This document shows, in pieces, positions 55,374-64,000 of a stretch of DNA of 64,000 bases. Origin of the DNA: a virus. The stretch's first letter is position 1; each line of letters opens with the position of its first letter. A model generated the notes under the pieces. The model was not told where the DNA came from, searched no databases, and was given only the letters and a program-made list of their open reading frames with translations. The stretch spans positions 32,001 through 96,000 of the IMG/VR virus record IMGVR_UViG_3300045541_000131. The stretch is one strand, 5' to 3'. The translations under genes and the position numbers were made by a program.

Positions 55374-55514
55374 ATGGAAAACTTTCTTATCAGCGTTGAA
55401 CGCGAAGCCGATGGCTCTTATGTGGCTATCTTCTCCGATGGCCAAAGTGTGCCGCTCGATGCTCAAACTTATCACGATGCTGTTCTTGAAGCAGATCATC
55501 TCGAGGTTGCGTAA
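55374..55514 (+). CDS. Small acidic protein (46 aa), HicB N-domain-like pattern
   Basis: Read manually: MENFLISVEREADGSYVAIFSDGQSVPLDAQTYHDAVLEADHLEVA; TAATG-coupled to the next gene. Confidence 0.55.
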   Translation: MENFLISVEREADGSYVAIFSDGQSVPLDAQTYHDAVLEADHLEVA

Positions 55515-55813
55515 TGGGTAAAATCAATCAAGCCGGCAGGCACTACGAAGTTTTCGATCCCTTCAACAAGAAGCATCGACAAATCTTTCACGAAGCACTC
55601 AAGTACAAGACTTGGGGTCGCAGTCCTATTCGGTTCTGGTTGGACGAAACTACTGACAACCTCATGGACCAGTGTACCAAGAAGATTGCCAAATACTATC
55701 TTCTTAAAGAATTCGGTAAGTTGGAAAACGACGAACCTTTTGAAGGCGTTCGTATTCGCCCCAATCCCGATTCCGGCGCTGTGAAGCGCAGTCAATCTAT
55801 TGACAGTTTTTAA
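55514..55813 (+). CDS. Hypothetical protein
   Basis: 99-aa ORF. Confidence 0.65.
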   Translation: MGKINQAGRHYEVFDPFNKKHRQIFHEALKYKTWGRSPIRFWLDETTDNLMDQCTKKIAKYYLLKEFGKLENDEPFEGVRIRPNPDSGAVKRSQSIDSF

Positions 55814-55842
55814 TCGACACAAATTCCCGTTGGCACTATAAT
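55814..55842 (+). promoter_or_regulatory. Early sigma70-like promoter (repeat copy 5)
   Basis: TCGACA-caaattcccgttggcac(17)-TATAAT. Confidence 0.72.
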
Positions 55843-55870
55843 ACGAGTATTGTTTAACAAGGAGCCCTAA

Positions 55871-56977
55871 ATGGCAAAGCAAGAGAAAATCGAAGGTCGC
55901 ACCGTTAAGATCAGCGAAGCGAAGCGTTATATCCGCAAGGCCTTTGCAGCCAAGCGTCCCGTGTTCCTGTGGGGAGCACCTGGCATCGGCAAGTCAGATA
56001 TTGCCGCTCAACTAGCAGAAGACATGGGCGGTGCCCTTGTTGATATTCGTCTTAACCTGTGGGAACCCACTGATATCAAGGGTATTCCGTTTTTTAACGC
56101 TAACTCCAGCAAGATGGAGTGGGCGCCACCCGCTGAACTGCCTACTGAAGAGTTTGCCAGTCAGTATCCTATCGTGGTTCTGTTCCTTGACGAACTGGCT
56201 AGTGCTCCGCCCGCTGTTCAAACTGCGGCTTATCAGCTGATTCTTAATCGCCGTGTTGGCACTTATAAGCTGCCTGACAATGTGGTTATGATGGCAGCAG
56301 GTAATCGAATGACCGACAAGGGTGTGACTTATCGCATGCCTACTCCGTTGGCTAATCGTTTCATGCACTTCGAACTTCGTGTGGACTTTGCTGACTGGAA
56401 CCTGTGGGCTCTGCAGAATCGTGTGCATCCCGATGTGGTTGGTTACTTGAACTGGGCTAAGAATGATCTCTACAATTTCGATCCTACTGTTCATGATCGT
56501 TCGTTCGCCACTCCGCGCTCGTGGAGTTTCGTGAGCGATGTTATTGACGACACTATGACCGAGAACGAGCAGACCGATATGGTTGCCTCCTGCATTGGCG
56601 AAGGTCTTGCTATCAAGTTTATGGCACATCGCAAGATTGCCGCCGACTTGCCTAACCCCAGCGATGTGCTAGCAGGTAAGGTCAAGGACCTTAAGGTCAA
56701 GGAAGTCAGTGCTATGTACTCGCTGACTACTAGTCTCTGCTACGAGCTCAAGGACGGCTACGAGAATGCCAAAAAGAGCGGCAAGTTGGATACATGGCAT
56801 AGCCAGTGCGAGAACTTTATCCAGTACATGATGGATAACTTCGAAGCCGAAATGGTTATCATGGGAGCTCATACTGCACTCAAGAACTACAACCTGCCGT
56901 TTGATCACAAGAAGCTCAAGAACTTCCCCGAGTTCTTCAAGCGGTACGCTCACTTGGTTGTTGATGTTAGTAACTAA
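55871..56977 (+). CDS. MoxR/dynein-related AAA+ ATPase
   Basis: Walker A GAPGIGKS, Walker B LFLDE, AAGN, LANRF and TPRSW. Confidence 0.9.
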   Translation: MAKQEKIEGRTVKISEAKRYIRKAFAAKRPVFLWGAPGIGKSDIAAQLAEDMGGALVDIRLNLWEPTDIKGIPFFNANSSKMEWAPPAELPTEEFASQYPIVVLFLDELASAPPAVQTAAYQLILNRRVGTYKLPDNVVMMAAGNRMTDKGVTYRMPTPLANRFMHFELRVDFADWNLWALQNRVHPDVVGYLNWAKNDLYNFDPTVHDRSFATPRSWSFVSDVIDDTMTENEQTDMVASCIGEGLAIKFMAHRKIAADLPNPSDVLAGKVKDLKVKEVSAMYSLTTSLCYELKDGYENAKKSGKLDTWHSQCENFIQYMMDNFEAEMVIMGAHTALKNYNLPFDHKKLKNFPEFFKRYAHLVVDVSN

Positions 56978-56988
56978 GACTGTACATG

Positions 56989-57012
56989 AAAAGGGATCTA
57001 AGATCCCTTTTT
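56989..57012 (+). terminator. Probable terminator after the AAA+ gene
   Basis: AAAAGGGATC-TAA-GATCCCTTTTT. Confidence 0.55.
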
Positions 57013-57295
57013 CTACGACTACACTTACCTTAGTCTACGGAGAAATTGAATATATCAGAAGTGTGTTCGGCACCGATGCTGTAACTAGATGGATGATTAT
57101 TGAATATTTCGAACAGGCTCGCGAAACATGGCATAAAGGTTCTTATGGCCGTGTCGCAAGTCTAGAAGACTTAAAAAAGTGGTGTCATACACAAGGCATA
57201 GGCAGACTACATTATTATGTACCGCCTGGTAGTCTGGATGTCTATTTCAAAGAAGGCCCGCATGTTTTCCTATTCAATTTGAAGTTTGGAATTAA

Positions 57296-57324
57296 TTGAC
57301 ACTTAATACCAAATGTCGTATAAT
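57296..57324 (+). promoter_or_regulatory. Early sigma70-like promoter (copy 6)
   Basis: Perfect consensus TTGACA-N17-TATAAT. Confidence 0.82.
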
Positions 57325-57350
57325 AAGTATATTACAAAGGAGTATTTGCA

Positions 57351-58547
57351 ATGAAACTAGATGTGCGTGATCGGCTTACTAAGGCCCGTGTTAAGATGCT
57401 ACTCAAGCATCCGTTCTGGGGTAACTTGGCTACCCGCTTGAAGTTGGTAGAAGCCAGCGACTGGTGCTCTACTGCCGCTACCGACGGTCGCCACTTTTAC
57501 TACTGCACTGATTTTATCAACAAGCTCGACGACGACGAGCTGGTGTTCTTGTTTGGTCACGAAGTAGGCCATTGCGTATTCAATCACATGACTCGTCGTG
57601 GCGAGCGTGATCCGCAAGTGTGGAACATGGCAGGTGACTATATTGTCAACGACATGCTACTGCAAAACAATGTAGGCAAGAGAATCACTACTGTTCCTAT
57701 TCTGCACGACATCAAGTACCGCGACATGGTCACCGAAGAAGTCTATGACGAGCTGATGAAGAACGCTGTCAAGATCCAAATGACCTTGGACATGCACATG
57801 GACGGCTCAGGCGAAGAAGGCGAAAAAAACGGCCTGGGCAGTGACGGCAAGTCTAAAAGCTCTAAGATCAAAATTGACGAAGAGACCGCTAAGAAGATTC
57901 GCGACGAACTCAAGGAGGCTGTACTGCAATCGGCACAGGCTGCTGGTGCTGGCAATACGCCCGCGGGCATCAAGCGACTGATCCAACAGTTTACCGCTCC
58001 CAAGATGCGTTGGCAAGACATCTTGCGTATTCAACTCGAGAGCAGTCTCAAGAATAACTATTCGTTCATGCGTCCCAGCCGCAAGGGTTGGCATACTGGT
58101 GCTGTTCTTCCTGGCATGTTGCCTGCTGAACACTTGGATGTTGCTATTGCGCTAGATGTGTCGGGCAGTATCAGCGAAGACATGATCCGCGACTTCCTCA
58201 GCGAAGTTAAGGGCATGATGGATATGTATACTACCTATGCCATTCATGTGTTCTGCTTTGATACTGCCGTTTACAATCCGGTTACCTTTACCGAAGACAG
58301 TGGCGATGACATTCACGACTACGAGCCCATGGGCGGCGGTGGCACTGACTTTGAGTGTGCCTTTAATTACATGAAGGAAGAAGGCATCGAGCCCAAGCAG
58401 TTCATCATGTTCACTGACGGCTACCCGTTCGGGTCATGGGGCGATGAAAAGTATTGTGACACCGTGTTTGTTATTCACGGCAATGACCAAATTGAAGCAC
58501 CGTTTGGCATCACTGCACACTACGAATACGAACCTAGTACAGTGTAA
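57351..58547 (+). CDS. Metallopeptidase-like (HExxH) plus VWA-domain protein (DUF2201-like)
   Basis: TAATDG, HEVGH, MIDAS motif DVSGS, GGGTDF and FTDG. Confidence 0.88.
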   Translation: MKLDVRDRLTKARVKMLLKHPFWGNLATRLKLVEASDWCSTAATDGRHFYYCTDFINKLDDDELVFLFGHEVGHCVFNHMTRRGERDPQVWNMAGDYIVNDMLLQNNVGKRITTVPILHDIKYRDMVTEEVYDELMKNAVKIQMTLDMHMDGSGEEGEKNGLGSDGKSKSSKIKIDEETAKKIRDELKEAVLQSAQAAGAGNTPAGIKRLIQQFTAPKMRWQDILRIQLESSLKNNYSFMRPSRKGWHTGAVLPGMLPAEHLDVAIALDVSGSISEDMIRDFLSEVKGMMDMYTTYAIHVFCFDTAVYNPVTFTEDSGDDIHDYEPMGGGGTDFECAFNYMKEEGIEPKQFIMFTDGYPFGSWGDEKYCDTVFVIHGNDQIEAPFGITAHYEYEPSTV

Positions 58548-59610
58548 ACTGATCGCTGTTTATAATTTTTTGTAAAATGTCGGATTGTTGCAAAACATCC
58601 GACATTTTTTTTGTTGTAGTAGTGTGATCAATTCCGAAAACATTACAAATATATTTTATGTGGCTTTCAGCCTTATCTAACAAACTAATGATAGAAGAAT
58701 TATCAGCAGTAGCGAAATAAGGATCGACTTTTATTAATTGATCTAAATTTTTGTTGATAATAAGATCGTGCATGTCAACATCAATAACTGTTGCTAGTTT
58801 ATTTGCTATCAAAGGCTTAAAAATTCTTTGAGCTTTGTTATTAAATTCGAATTCGATTTCTTTTTCTGACCATTGGAAGCTATTTTTTAGACGGCGGATA
58901 GCGTCTTTCGTATTAAAAAAATCTAATTTATTAAATACTGGTAGGGTTGTATTTTTTATAGTATTTTGAAAATAACAATGCTTATAGAATACCAAAACTT
59001 CACCTAACCAAAATTTATCTACAGGGAAAAAACAATTAACTATTTTGCGATAGAAAAAAGGTTGAAAAAAAGTTCTTTCTGGAAATAAATTAGATATACT
59101 GCTGGGAGCAAATTCATGTAGTTCCGAGTCATGAAATTTAACGAACGGAAAGTCGCAGTCTTTAAAGGTGTTATTATTACGATGGTATAACTCCAATACC
59201 AATTCGTGTAATTTCGTATCATCCATTTCACCAAATATATTATCAGTTTTGCCATAAACCGAATTGGTTTTTTGAGATATAAATTTTGAATTCCATTTAT
59301 CAATTGCATATTGGAATGTCACGTGAGCAAAAGCAAGATCTATTTCGATCAGATCAGAATGATAATTGCTAAGGATTTGATATATCTTTTTATATTTTTC
59401 ACGGCGATATTTTCTGTTTTGGCCAAAGATATTTCCTATACGATCTTCTACCGACCACTCAAAAGTACCATCATGAGCAAAATTCCTGACGGCCATTTCA
59501 TTGTTGTAATCAAGATGCTTGTCTACCATTAGCCTTAAAAAGAAAGCACCCATATGGCCAGGAATCCAAGAAACAGGAACTAAGTCCTTGAGATAATCAA
59601 ATTTTTCCAT
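58534..59610 (-). CDS. AT-rich hypothetical protein (probable paralogue of 30294-31184)
   Basis: SWIPGHMGAFFLRLM N-terminal loop; reverse-strand TAAATA just upstream. Confidence 0.65.
   Translation of the reverse strand: MEKFDYLKDLVPVSWIPGHMGAFFLRLMVDKHLDYNNEMAVRNFAHDGTFEWSVEDRIGNIFGQNRKYRREKYKKIYQILSNYHSDLIEIDLAFAHVTFQYAIDKWNSKFISQKTNSVYGKTDNIFGEMDDTKLHELVLELYHRNNNTFKDCDFPFVKFHDSELHEFAPSSISNLFPERTFFQPFFYRKIVNCFFPVDKFWLGEVLVFYKHCYFQNTIKNTTLPVFNKLDFFNTKDAIRRLKNSFQWSEKEIEFEFNNKAQRIFKPLIANKLATVIDVDMHDLIINKNLDQLIKVDPYFATADNSSIISLLDKAESHIKYICNVFGIDHTTTTKKMSDVLQQSDILQKIINSDQFTLY
58574..58612 (+). terminator. Terminator hairpin embedded in the convergent gene
   Basis: AAAATGTCGGAT...ATCCGACATTTT followed by a T-run. 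Confidence 0.6.
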
Positions 59611-59706
59611 TATAGTTATTTATTCATTGACTCTTGTAGCACTTCTGCTATAATAAGACTTCATACTATAAATAAACTTGGTATATAATTAAACAAAGGA
59701 GTTTAT

Positions 59707-59919
59707 ATGACCATTCAAGATCTAAGTGTACTATTAGCTGCTATTGATGTCGCTGTTAAGCGCGGCACGTTTAGCGTTTTGGAAGTCGGACAAGTTTCTG
59801 CTGTTGCTGAAAAGCTCAATAATTTCCTAATTGAAGCTAAGAATCAAGCCGAAGCTCAACAAGCCGAACAACAAACAGCTGAAGCTCAAGCTGCTGATTC
59901 TGAACAGGCTGCTGCTTAA
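59707..59919 (+). CDS. Hypothetical protein
   Basis: AAAGGAG RBS; upstream TTGACT..TGCTATAAT promoter at 59627-59654. Confidence 0.65.
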   Translation: MTIQDLSVLLAAIDVAVKRGTFSVLEVGQVSAVAEKLNNFLIEAKNQAEAQQAEQQTAEAQAADSEQAAA

Positions 59920-59931
59920 TCGGAGATTGCA

Positions 59932-60528
59932 ATGCCCCAATTTATTAAACATGTTGGGCAAGTCGACGCAACCGGCAGGAAGTGTGTTGTGGTATTCAGA
60001 GAGGTACCGGGCGATACATCTTCCTGCTTGATTGTCGAAACCGAAAGCTTGCCACAGCAATATCATGATGATCTAATGACGGCTGTCGAATCGGAAAGTG
60101 CCCAAAGCGATCTCGACTTTTACAAGTATGCTAGTCGTAGTTCATTCCATGATGGAAGAAATATGCTAGAAGCATTACATCTGAGTGGATGGCTTAAAAA
60201 GTCTAGTAGCGGTGACATTACCATGTTACCAACTCGTGATATTTCAATCAAACTAAACGAGCTCAATTCTCAAATTAGTGACCTGGATAATACCGGAAGA
60301 ACGACTAGCGGCGACATCAGTGGCCAAGCAGAAGTTGCTGAAACTAAAAGCCCAGGTGTATTAGATGATTCGCAACTTGCTAATCAAATGCGTAGTCAGG
60401 CAGCGTATTTTCAAAAAGAAGCTCAGCGTTTGCTAGCAGAAGCCGAAGCTCTTGATCCTGCTAAGGCAGTGACAGCAGTTAGCTCGCCCGATGTTAAGCC
60501 AAAAAGAAAATACACTAAAAAAAAGTAA
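59932..60528 (+). CDS. Hypothetical protein
   Basis: 198 aa with a GGAGA RBS. Confidence 0.65.
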   Translation: MPQFIKHVGQVDATGRKCVVVFREVPGDTSSCLIVETESLPQQYHDDLMTAVESESAQSDLDFYKYASRSSFHDGRNMLEALHLSGWLKKSSSGDITMLPTRDISIKLNELNSQISDLDNTGRTTSGDISGQAEVAETKSPGVLDDSQLANQMRSQAAYFQKEAQRLLAEAEALDPAKAVTAVSSPDVKPKRKYTKKK

Positions 60529-60544
60529 TTAAGGAATCTGACAC

Positions 60545-60850
60545 ATGGCAATTAGGAGAAAGGATCGAAGTTTTGAAGAGATCCTTAAAGATGTGGTCAT
60601 GGAAGAAGTTCCTATAGAATACATTACCCACATTCAACTCAAACTGAATAATGGCGAGATATTAGAATTTACTCAAGAAGACCTAGTCGGCATGAAAGAC
60701 GCCAGCGAAGTCCTGCGTGCTCGAGGTTTAGAGCACTTAAGAGAAAATATTTTAGACATCGAAGTTTTTATCGACAGTGCTAAAATTAAGAACAAAGTTG
60801 TTCATTACGTTAAACATTTATTGCAAAGCCAATTCGGCGAGGGAAAATGA
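60545..60850 (+). CDS. Hypothetical protein
   Basis: 101-aa ORF. Confidence 0.65.
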   Translation: MAIRRKDRSFEEILKDVVMEEVPIEYITHIQLKLNNGEILEFTQEDLVGMKDASEVLRARGLEHLRENILDIEVFIDSAKIKNKVVHYVKHLLQSQFGEGK

Positions 60851-61695
60851 CACAGAGATCAGAAATTAATTTTGACGAAGATAAGAACTATGTTCCTGTA
60901 TTGGATCATGGTTTCGTCGGTCTAGTTGACCATATGGGCAGTGATAGTGCTATTGTGCAGGCTGCTCGTGTCAGTTATGGTGCTGGCACTAAACAAGTTC
61001 AAGACGATCGTAACCTTATTCGTTATTTGATGCGTCACGAACATACTACTCCCTTTGAAATGTGCGAAGTCAAATTCCACATCAAGCTGCCTATCTTTGT
61101 CATGCGTCAGCTAGTGCGCCATCGCACTGCCAGTATGAACGAATATAGTGCTCGTTATAGTGTTATGACTGACGAGTTTTATATTCCCGAGCTAGAACAG
61201 ATTCAGCGTCAAAGTTCTACTAACAAACAAGGTCGCGAAGAAAGCGAATGGGGTTTTGAAGAACGACGCAATGTTCAGCATGCCTTTCAGCGTAGCTTCT
61301 TTAATGCTTATAAAGAGTACGCTAGTCTATTAGGCAAAGACAACGACGGGCTTACACGCGAGTTAGCCAGAAGTGTGCTGCCAGTGGGTGGTTATACTGA
61401 ATTGTATTGGAAAGCCAACTTGAAGAATTTCTTACACATGGCTCGCTTGCGTATGGATCCTCATGCCCAATGGGAGATTCAGGAATACGCTCGTGCCATG
61501 TACGACCTAGCCAAGCCTTTGTTTCCCGAAGCATGTCAGGCCTTTGAGGACTATGCCGTTAACACAGCTAAGTTTAGTTCGGCTGAATTTGAACTACTGA
61601 AGACGCTAATTGATCCTACGAAATGGGACGAATCTAAGGTCTCTGGACTTAGCAAACGAGAGCTTACTGAATTTAAAGCAAAGTTAGGTCTGTAA
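60847..61695 (+). CDS. thyX: Flavin-dependent thymidylate synthase
   Basis: AARVSY, H.TPFE, RHRTASMNEYSARY (RHRx7S), ELAR..LP and HAQWEI. Confidence 0.95.
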   Translation: MTQRSEINFDEDKNYVPVLDHGFVGLVDHMGSDSAIVQAARVSYGAGTKQVQDDRNLIRYLMRHEHTTPFEMCEVKFHIKLPIFVMRQLVRHRTASMNEYSARYSVMTDEFYIPELEQIQRQSSTNKQGREESEWGFEERRNVQHAFQRSFFNAYKEYASLLGKDNDGLTRELARSVLPVGGYTELYWKANLKNFLHMARLRMDPHAQWEIQEYARAMYDLAKPLFPEACQAFEDYAVNTAKFSSAEFELLKTLIDPTKWDESKVSGLSKRELTEFKAKLGL

Positions 61696-62238
61696 AGGAT
61701 CTACACTTATTTCGTTGATGTGAACATCACCGGGCTGCTCAAGTATCCAACGGATATATTCAGCAGCCTTTCTTATTGGCATTGTTTTTCTATCTGGATG
61801 TTTGTGCTGAACATTGCTAAGTGAACCAAAGCTGATTAGCGTAACTCGAGGATTGTTGGCCCACACGCCTGTCATGCCTAAACTGTTGGCATAATCTCTC
61901 AGAGCTTTCTTTTCTGCGTTGTATAACCAATCAGTGGCTTTGTTTACCCTATCTGTAGTGCTGCCAATACAAATGATTAATGTACGCTTGTTTTCTGCTT
62001 TAAGTTTTTTATAAACTGCTTCAAGCAATAGCGTTTGATTAAATTTCCATAATGCGCTACAAAGAATGACTATATCATAGTCTACTGTCATGGCGGCGAA
62101 TTCTTGCTGTTTGTCACCTTTAGTTAGATCCATACCCATAGTCGATCTACTTACAAAGGTTAGTTCGTAGTCAGCTAATTCTTGTTTTATTTCATGAGCT
62201 AACCCATATTCAGGATTGCCTGCTACAAGTATTTTCAT
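61684..62238 (-). CDS. Short-chain dehydrogenase/reductase-like protein (divergent)
   Basis: KILVAG...GLA, IICIGS and YNAEK (YxxxK). Confidence 0.65.
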   Translation of the reverse strand: MKILVAGNPEYGLAHEIKQELADYELTFVSRSTMGMDLTKGDKQQEFAAMTVDYDIVILCSALWKFNQTLLLEAVYKKLKAENKRTLIICIGSTTDRVNKATDWLYNAEKKALRDYANSLGMTGVWANNPRVTLISFGSLSNVQHKHPDRKTMPIRKAAEYIRWILEQPGDVHINEISVDPLQT

Positions 62239-63548
62239 TTGAACAGTTCCTCGTATTCATGGGCAATATCTAATATACTGTGGCCGCGAGCTTGATCTAG
62301 GTATTTGGTAAACTTAACGAACTCAGGGAGTTTGTCGCTGTAGTCTGCTCCTAGTGCGTACTTGGTTATGCTGTTTAAAATACTGGCAGCATTTTTAGCT
62401 ATATCATCCTCGAAGTTATCTGCAAAGTAAGCTATTTCTCTAGCGTAGTATTCAACTAGTTGCTGTTTAAGCTCCGGGGTCAATATTCTAATGTTTACTC
62501 TCTTAGGGCCATGTGCTACGTGATGAGTTATGATAGGACGCTTCTTAGTTGAGTTAATCTTTTTAAATCCGCTTTCCAGTAGCTTCCAACGCATAAATGT
62601 AGGTATGTGCCAAACATTATATGCTGTTACTGTACAGGCCATCCATGGCAGTATGTTGCTATTCTTTTGTGCGTACTCATCTAGTTTTTGTAGATTTTTA
62701 TATGCTTGTGTCCACTTTAAAGGCCAACGTTGATATTCTACTACCGCACCCATACCGTCCATGCTGGCACCAACTCTTACCTGCTTGAACTTTGTCCACA
62801 TGTCTAGTACACGATTAGGCAAGTTACTCATGTTAGTATTGTATTCTAGAATCATTTTGCCAGCTTGTCCCATGTCAATACATTTTTGCAAGAACTCATA
62901 ATGACGTTCAATCATCATAGGTTCACCGCCGGCCATATAAACATGCTTTAGGTTAGGAATGTTAGCTTCAATCTGCTGCCAAAATGTTTCGCTACTGTGC
63001 CAGTCATAGTCTCGAGTAGTTAATCTTCCGTTTTCATTGCGTGTTAGTTTAACTGTGCCATGTGTGTCTTTGTACTCGTTGCTGCCGTGATATTCAGTCC
63101 ATTGTTCATACCAAGTGTGACTATCTGTTGGGCCGCACATACGGCAAGCAAGATTACATAAGTTACCAAAACGTAGATCATAATATTCTAAGTTTGGCTC
63201 TTTAATTGTGCCATCTTCAGCAGTAACATATCTAGCATCGTCAATGCTGAACTTCCAGTTATCTAGTTCATATTGCCTGCGACTGTTAAGGCCGGCAGCT
63301 TCTTCTTGCTGACAGCGACCACATTCCTGGCTCCATTCACCAACTAGCATATTCTTACGAACTTCACGCATAAGCTCAGCATTTCGAGCTTCAGTCATGT
63401 TGTCCATGGCAGCATTGTATGGTGTGCCGTCTGGTTTGCGAACAACGCCTTGATTTTCAGTTACATTAGCTTGACAGCATATACGGATATCGCCGTTGTT
63501 GCGTACTGCTTGAAATATCCATGGTATAGGACAAAAAGTAGTTGTCAT
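62235..63548 (-). CDS. Radical SAM protein with an N-terminal Twitch/SPASM-like Cys cluster
   Basis: CNLACRMC, AGGEP, YNTN and SMDG; N-terminal C..PW...CC...CxxC. Confidence 0.85.
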   Translation of the reverse strand: MTTTFCPIPWIFQAVRNNGDIRICCQANVTENQGVVRKPDGTPYNAAMDNMTEARNAELMREVRKNMLVGEWSQECGRCQQEEAAGLNSRRQYELDNWKFSIDDARYVTAEDGTIKEPNLEYYDLRFGNLCNLACRMCGPTDSHTWYEQWTEYHGSNEYKDTHGTVKLTRNENGRLTTRDYDWHSSETFWQQIEANIPNLKHVYMAGGEPMMIERHYEFLQKCIDMGQAGKMILEYNTNMSNLPNRVLDMWTKFKQVRVGASMDGMGAVVEYQRWPLKWTQAYKNLQKLDEYAQKNSNILPWMACTVTAYNVWHIPTFMRWKLLESGFKKINSTKKRPIITHHVAHGPKRVNIRILTPELKQQLVEYYAREIAYFADNFEDDIAKNAASILNSITKYALGADYSDKLPEFVKFTKYLDQARGHSILDIAHEYEELFK

Positions 63549-64000
63549 TAGAATTTCATCCAATTTATATATTTTTCTATCGGGCCGGCTGGCACCACAA
63601 AATCATCATGATTAATAACCAGTTCTTCGTATTTTTTATTTTCGATTAGATTAGATATTTTTTCAAATAATATCAAGTTATTCTCGTCGGACAAGTGATT
63701 TTTTCGTTGATCTCTTAATACTCGGTGCTGTTGTACGTCAGCATATCCAAGATGAAGTCCGTTGTCTGAATATTTACTTTTATAATCTAATTGTTCTAAT
63801 TCCCAAAAACACAATTTAAGTAAACTATTGTTGTCCATCGACGATGCGTCAATGAATATCAGATTTTTTTCTTTTTTAATTTTTTCAGCAAGAATTTTAT
63901 TTGTATCTTCGATGTAATCAAAGTCTATCCAATTCTCATAACTAAATTTGACATTCTCGACGATTTGTAATTTTTTTAATAATTTAGAGTCATTGGGTTT
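63548..64000 (-). CDS. Hypothetical protein (5' end beyond window)
   Basis: The frame stays open from 63838 to the window edge. Confidence 0.55.
   Translation of the reverse strand, partial: KPNDSKLLKKLQIVENVKFSYENWIDFDYIEDTNKILAEKIKKEKNLIFIDASSMDNNSLLKLCFWELEQLDYKSKYSDNGLHLGYADVQQHRVLRDQRKNHLSDENNLILFEKISNLIENKKYEELVINHDDFVVPAGPIEKYINWMKF

Noticed and set aside
52984-55842. CRISPR array suggested by the recurring TTGACACAAATT repeat
   Set aside because: Spacing is irregular (hundreds of nt), the intervals are ORFs, and the repeats are -35/-10 promoters.
56901-57299. 132-aa ORF as called between the AAA+ and VWA genes
   Set aside because: Its 5' part overlaps the ATPase and a terminator. 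A shorter gene may exist, but its start cannot be supported.
431-62733. Numerous 60-205 aa ORFs antisense to or nested in larger genes (e.g. 11605-12174, 24753-25151, 35043-35456, 56012-56629)
   Set aside because: They are shadows of well-supported genes on the other strand or frame, with no RBS or recognisable motifs.
1-64000. Stop-codon reassignment, as seen in some large phages
   Set aside because: Conserved genes (DNA polymerase, thyX, folE, queE) are full length in the standard code, and TAA, TGA and TAG all end genes.

Overview
A gene-dense, AT-rich segment of a large T4-related (jumbo-type) dsDNA tailed phage. It is coded almost entirely on the + strand and reads in the standard genetic code. 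In order: (1-4.5 kb) the end of a virion structural block with a tail-fibre-like repeat protein and a 3TM holin-like gene. (4.5-17.4 kb) auxiliary genes: UvsE, a nucleotidyltransferase, a GlcNAc-transferase, a phasin-like gene with a PhaR-like operator, alternative oxidase, a nuclease, a TctA/TctC transporter with sulfotransferase-like, oxygenase and APS-kinase genes, a structured non-coding element, and an MTA/SAH nucleosidase. (17.4-30.2 kb) about 14 genes, 12 of which begin with a shared M-[RK]-[LIVFY]-x-[EDQ]-[LI]-type leader resembling the T4 capsid-targeting sequence; several are mosaics of short modules joined at a repeated QGVAE / CA(A/G)GGTGTGGC(G/A)GAAG junction. (31.7-50.3 kb) Dps, family-B DNA polymerase, sliding clamp, and a 7-deazaguanine DNA-modification locus (QueD-like, DpdA/TGT-like, FolE, QueE; no QueC in the window) interleaved with sugar-nucleotide enzymes and a glycosyltransferase, followed by RNase H. 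(52.6-58.5 kb) an early region of repeated sigma70 promoter cassettes, three tandem 'MNERI' paralogues and a MoxR-type AAA+/VWA pair. (59.7-64 kb) ThyX and reverse-strand SDR and radical-SAM genes. No tRNA, rRNA, CRISPR array or integrase was recognised. All product calls come from motif recognition by eye; no database search was run.
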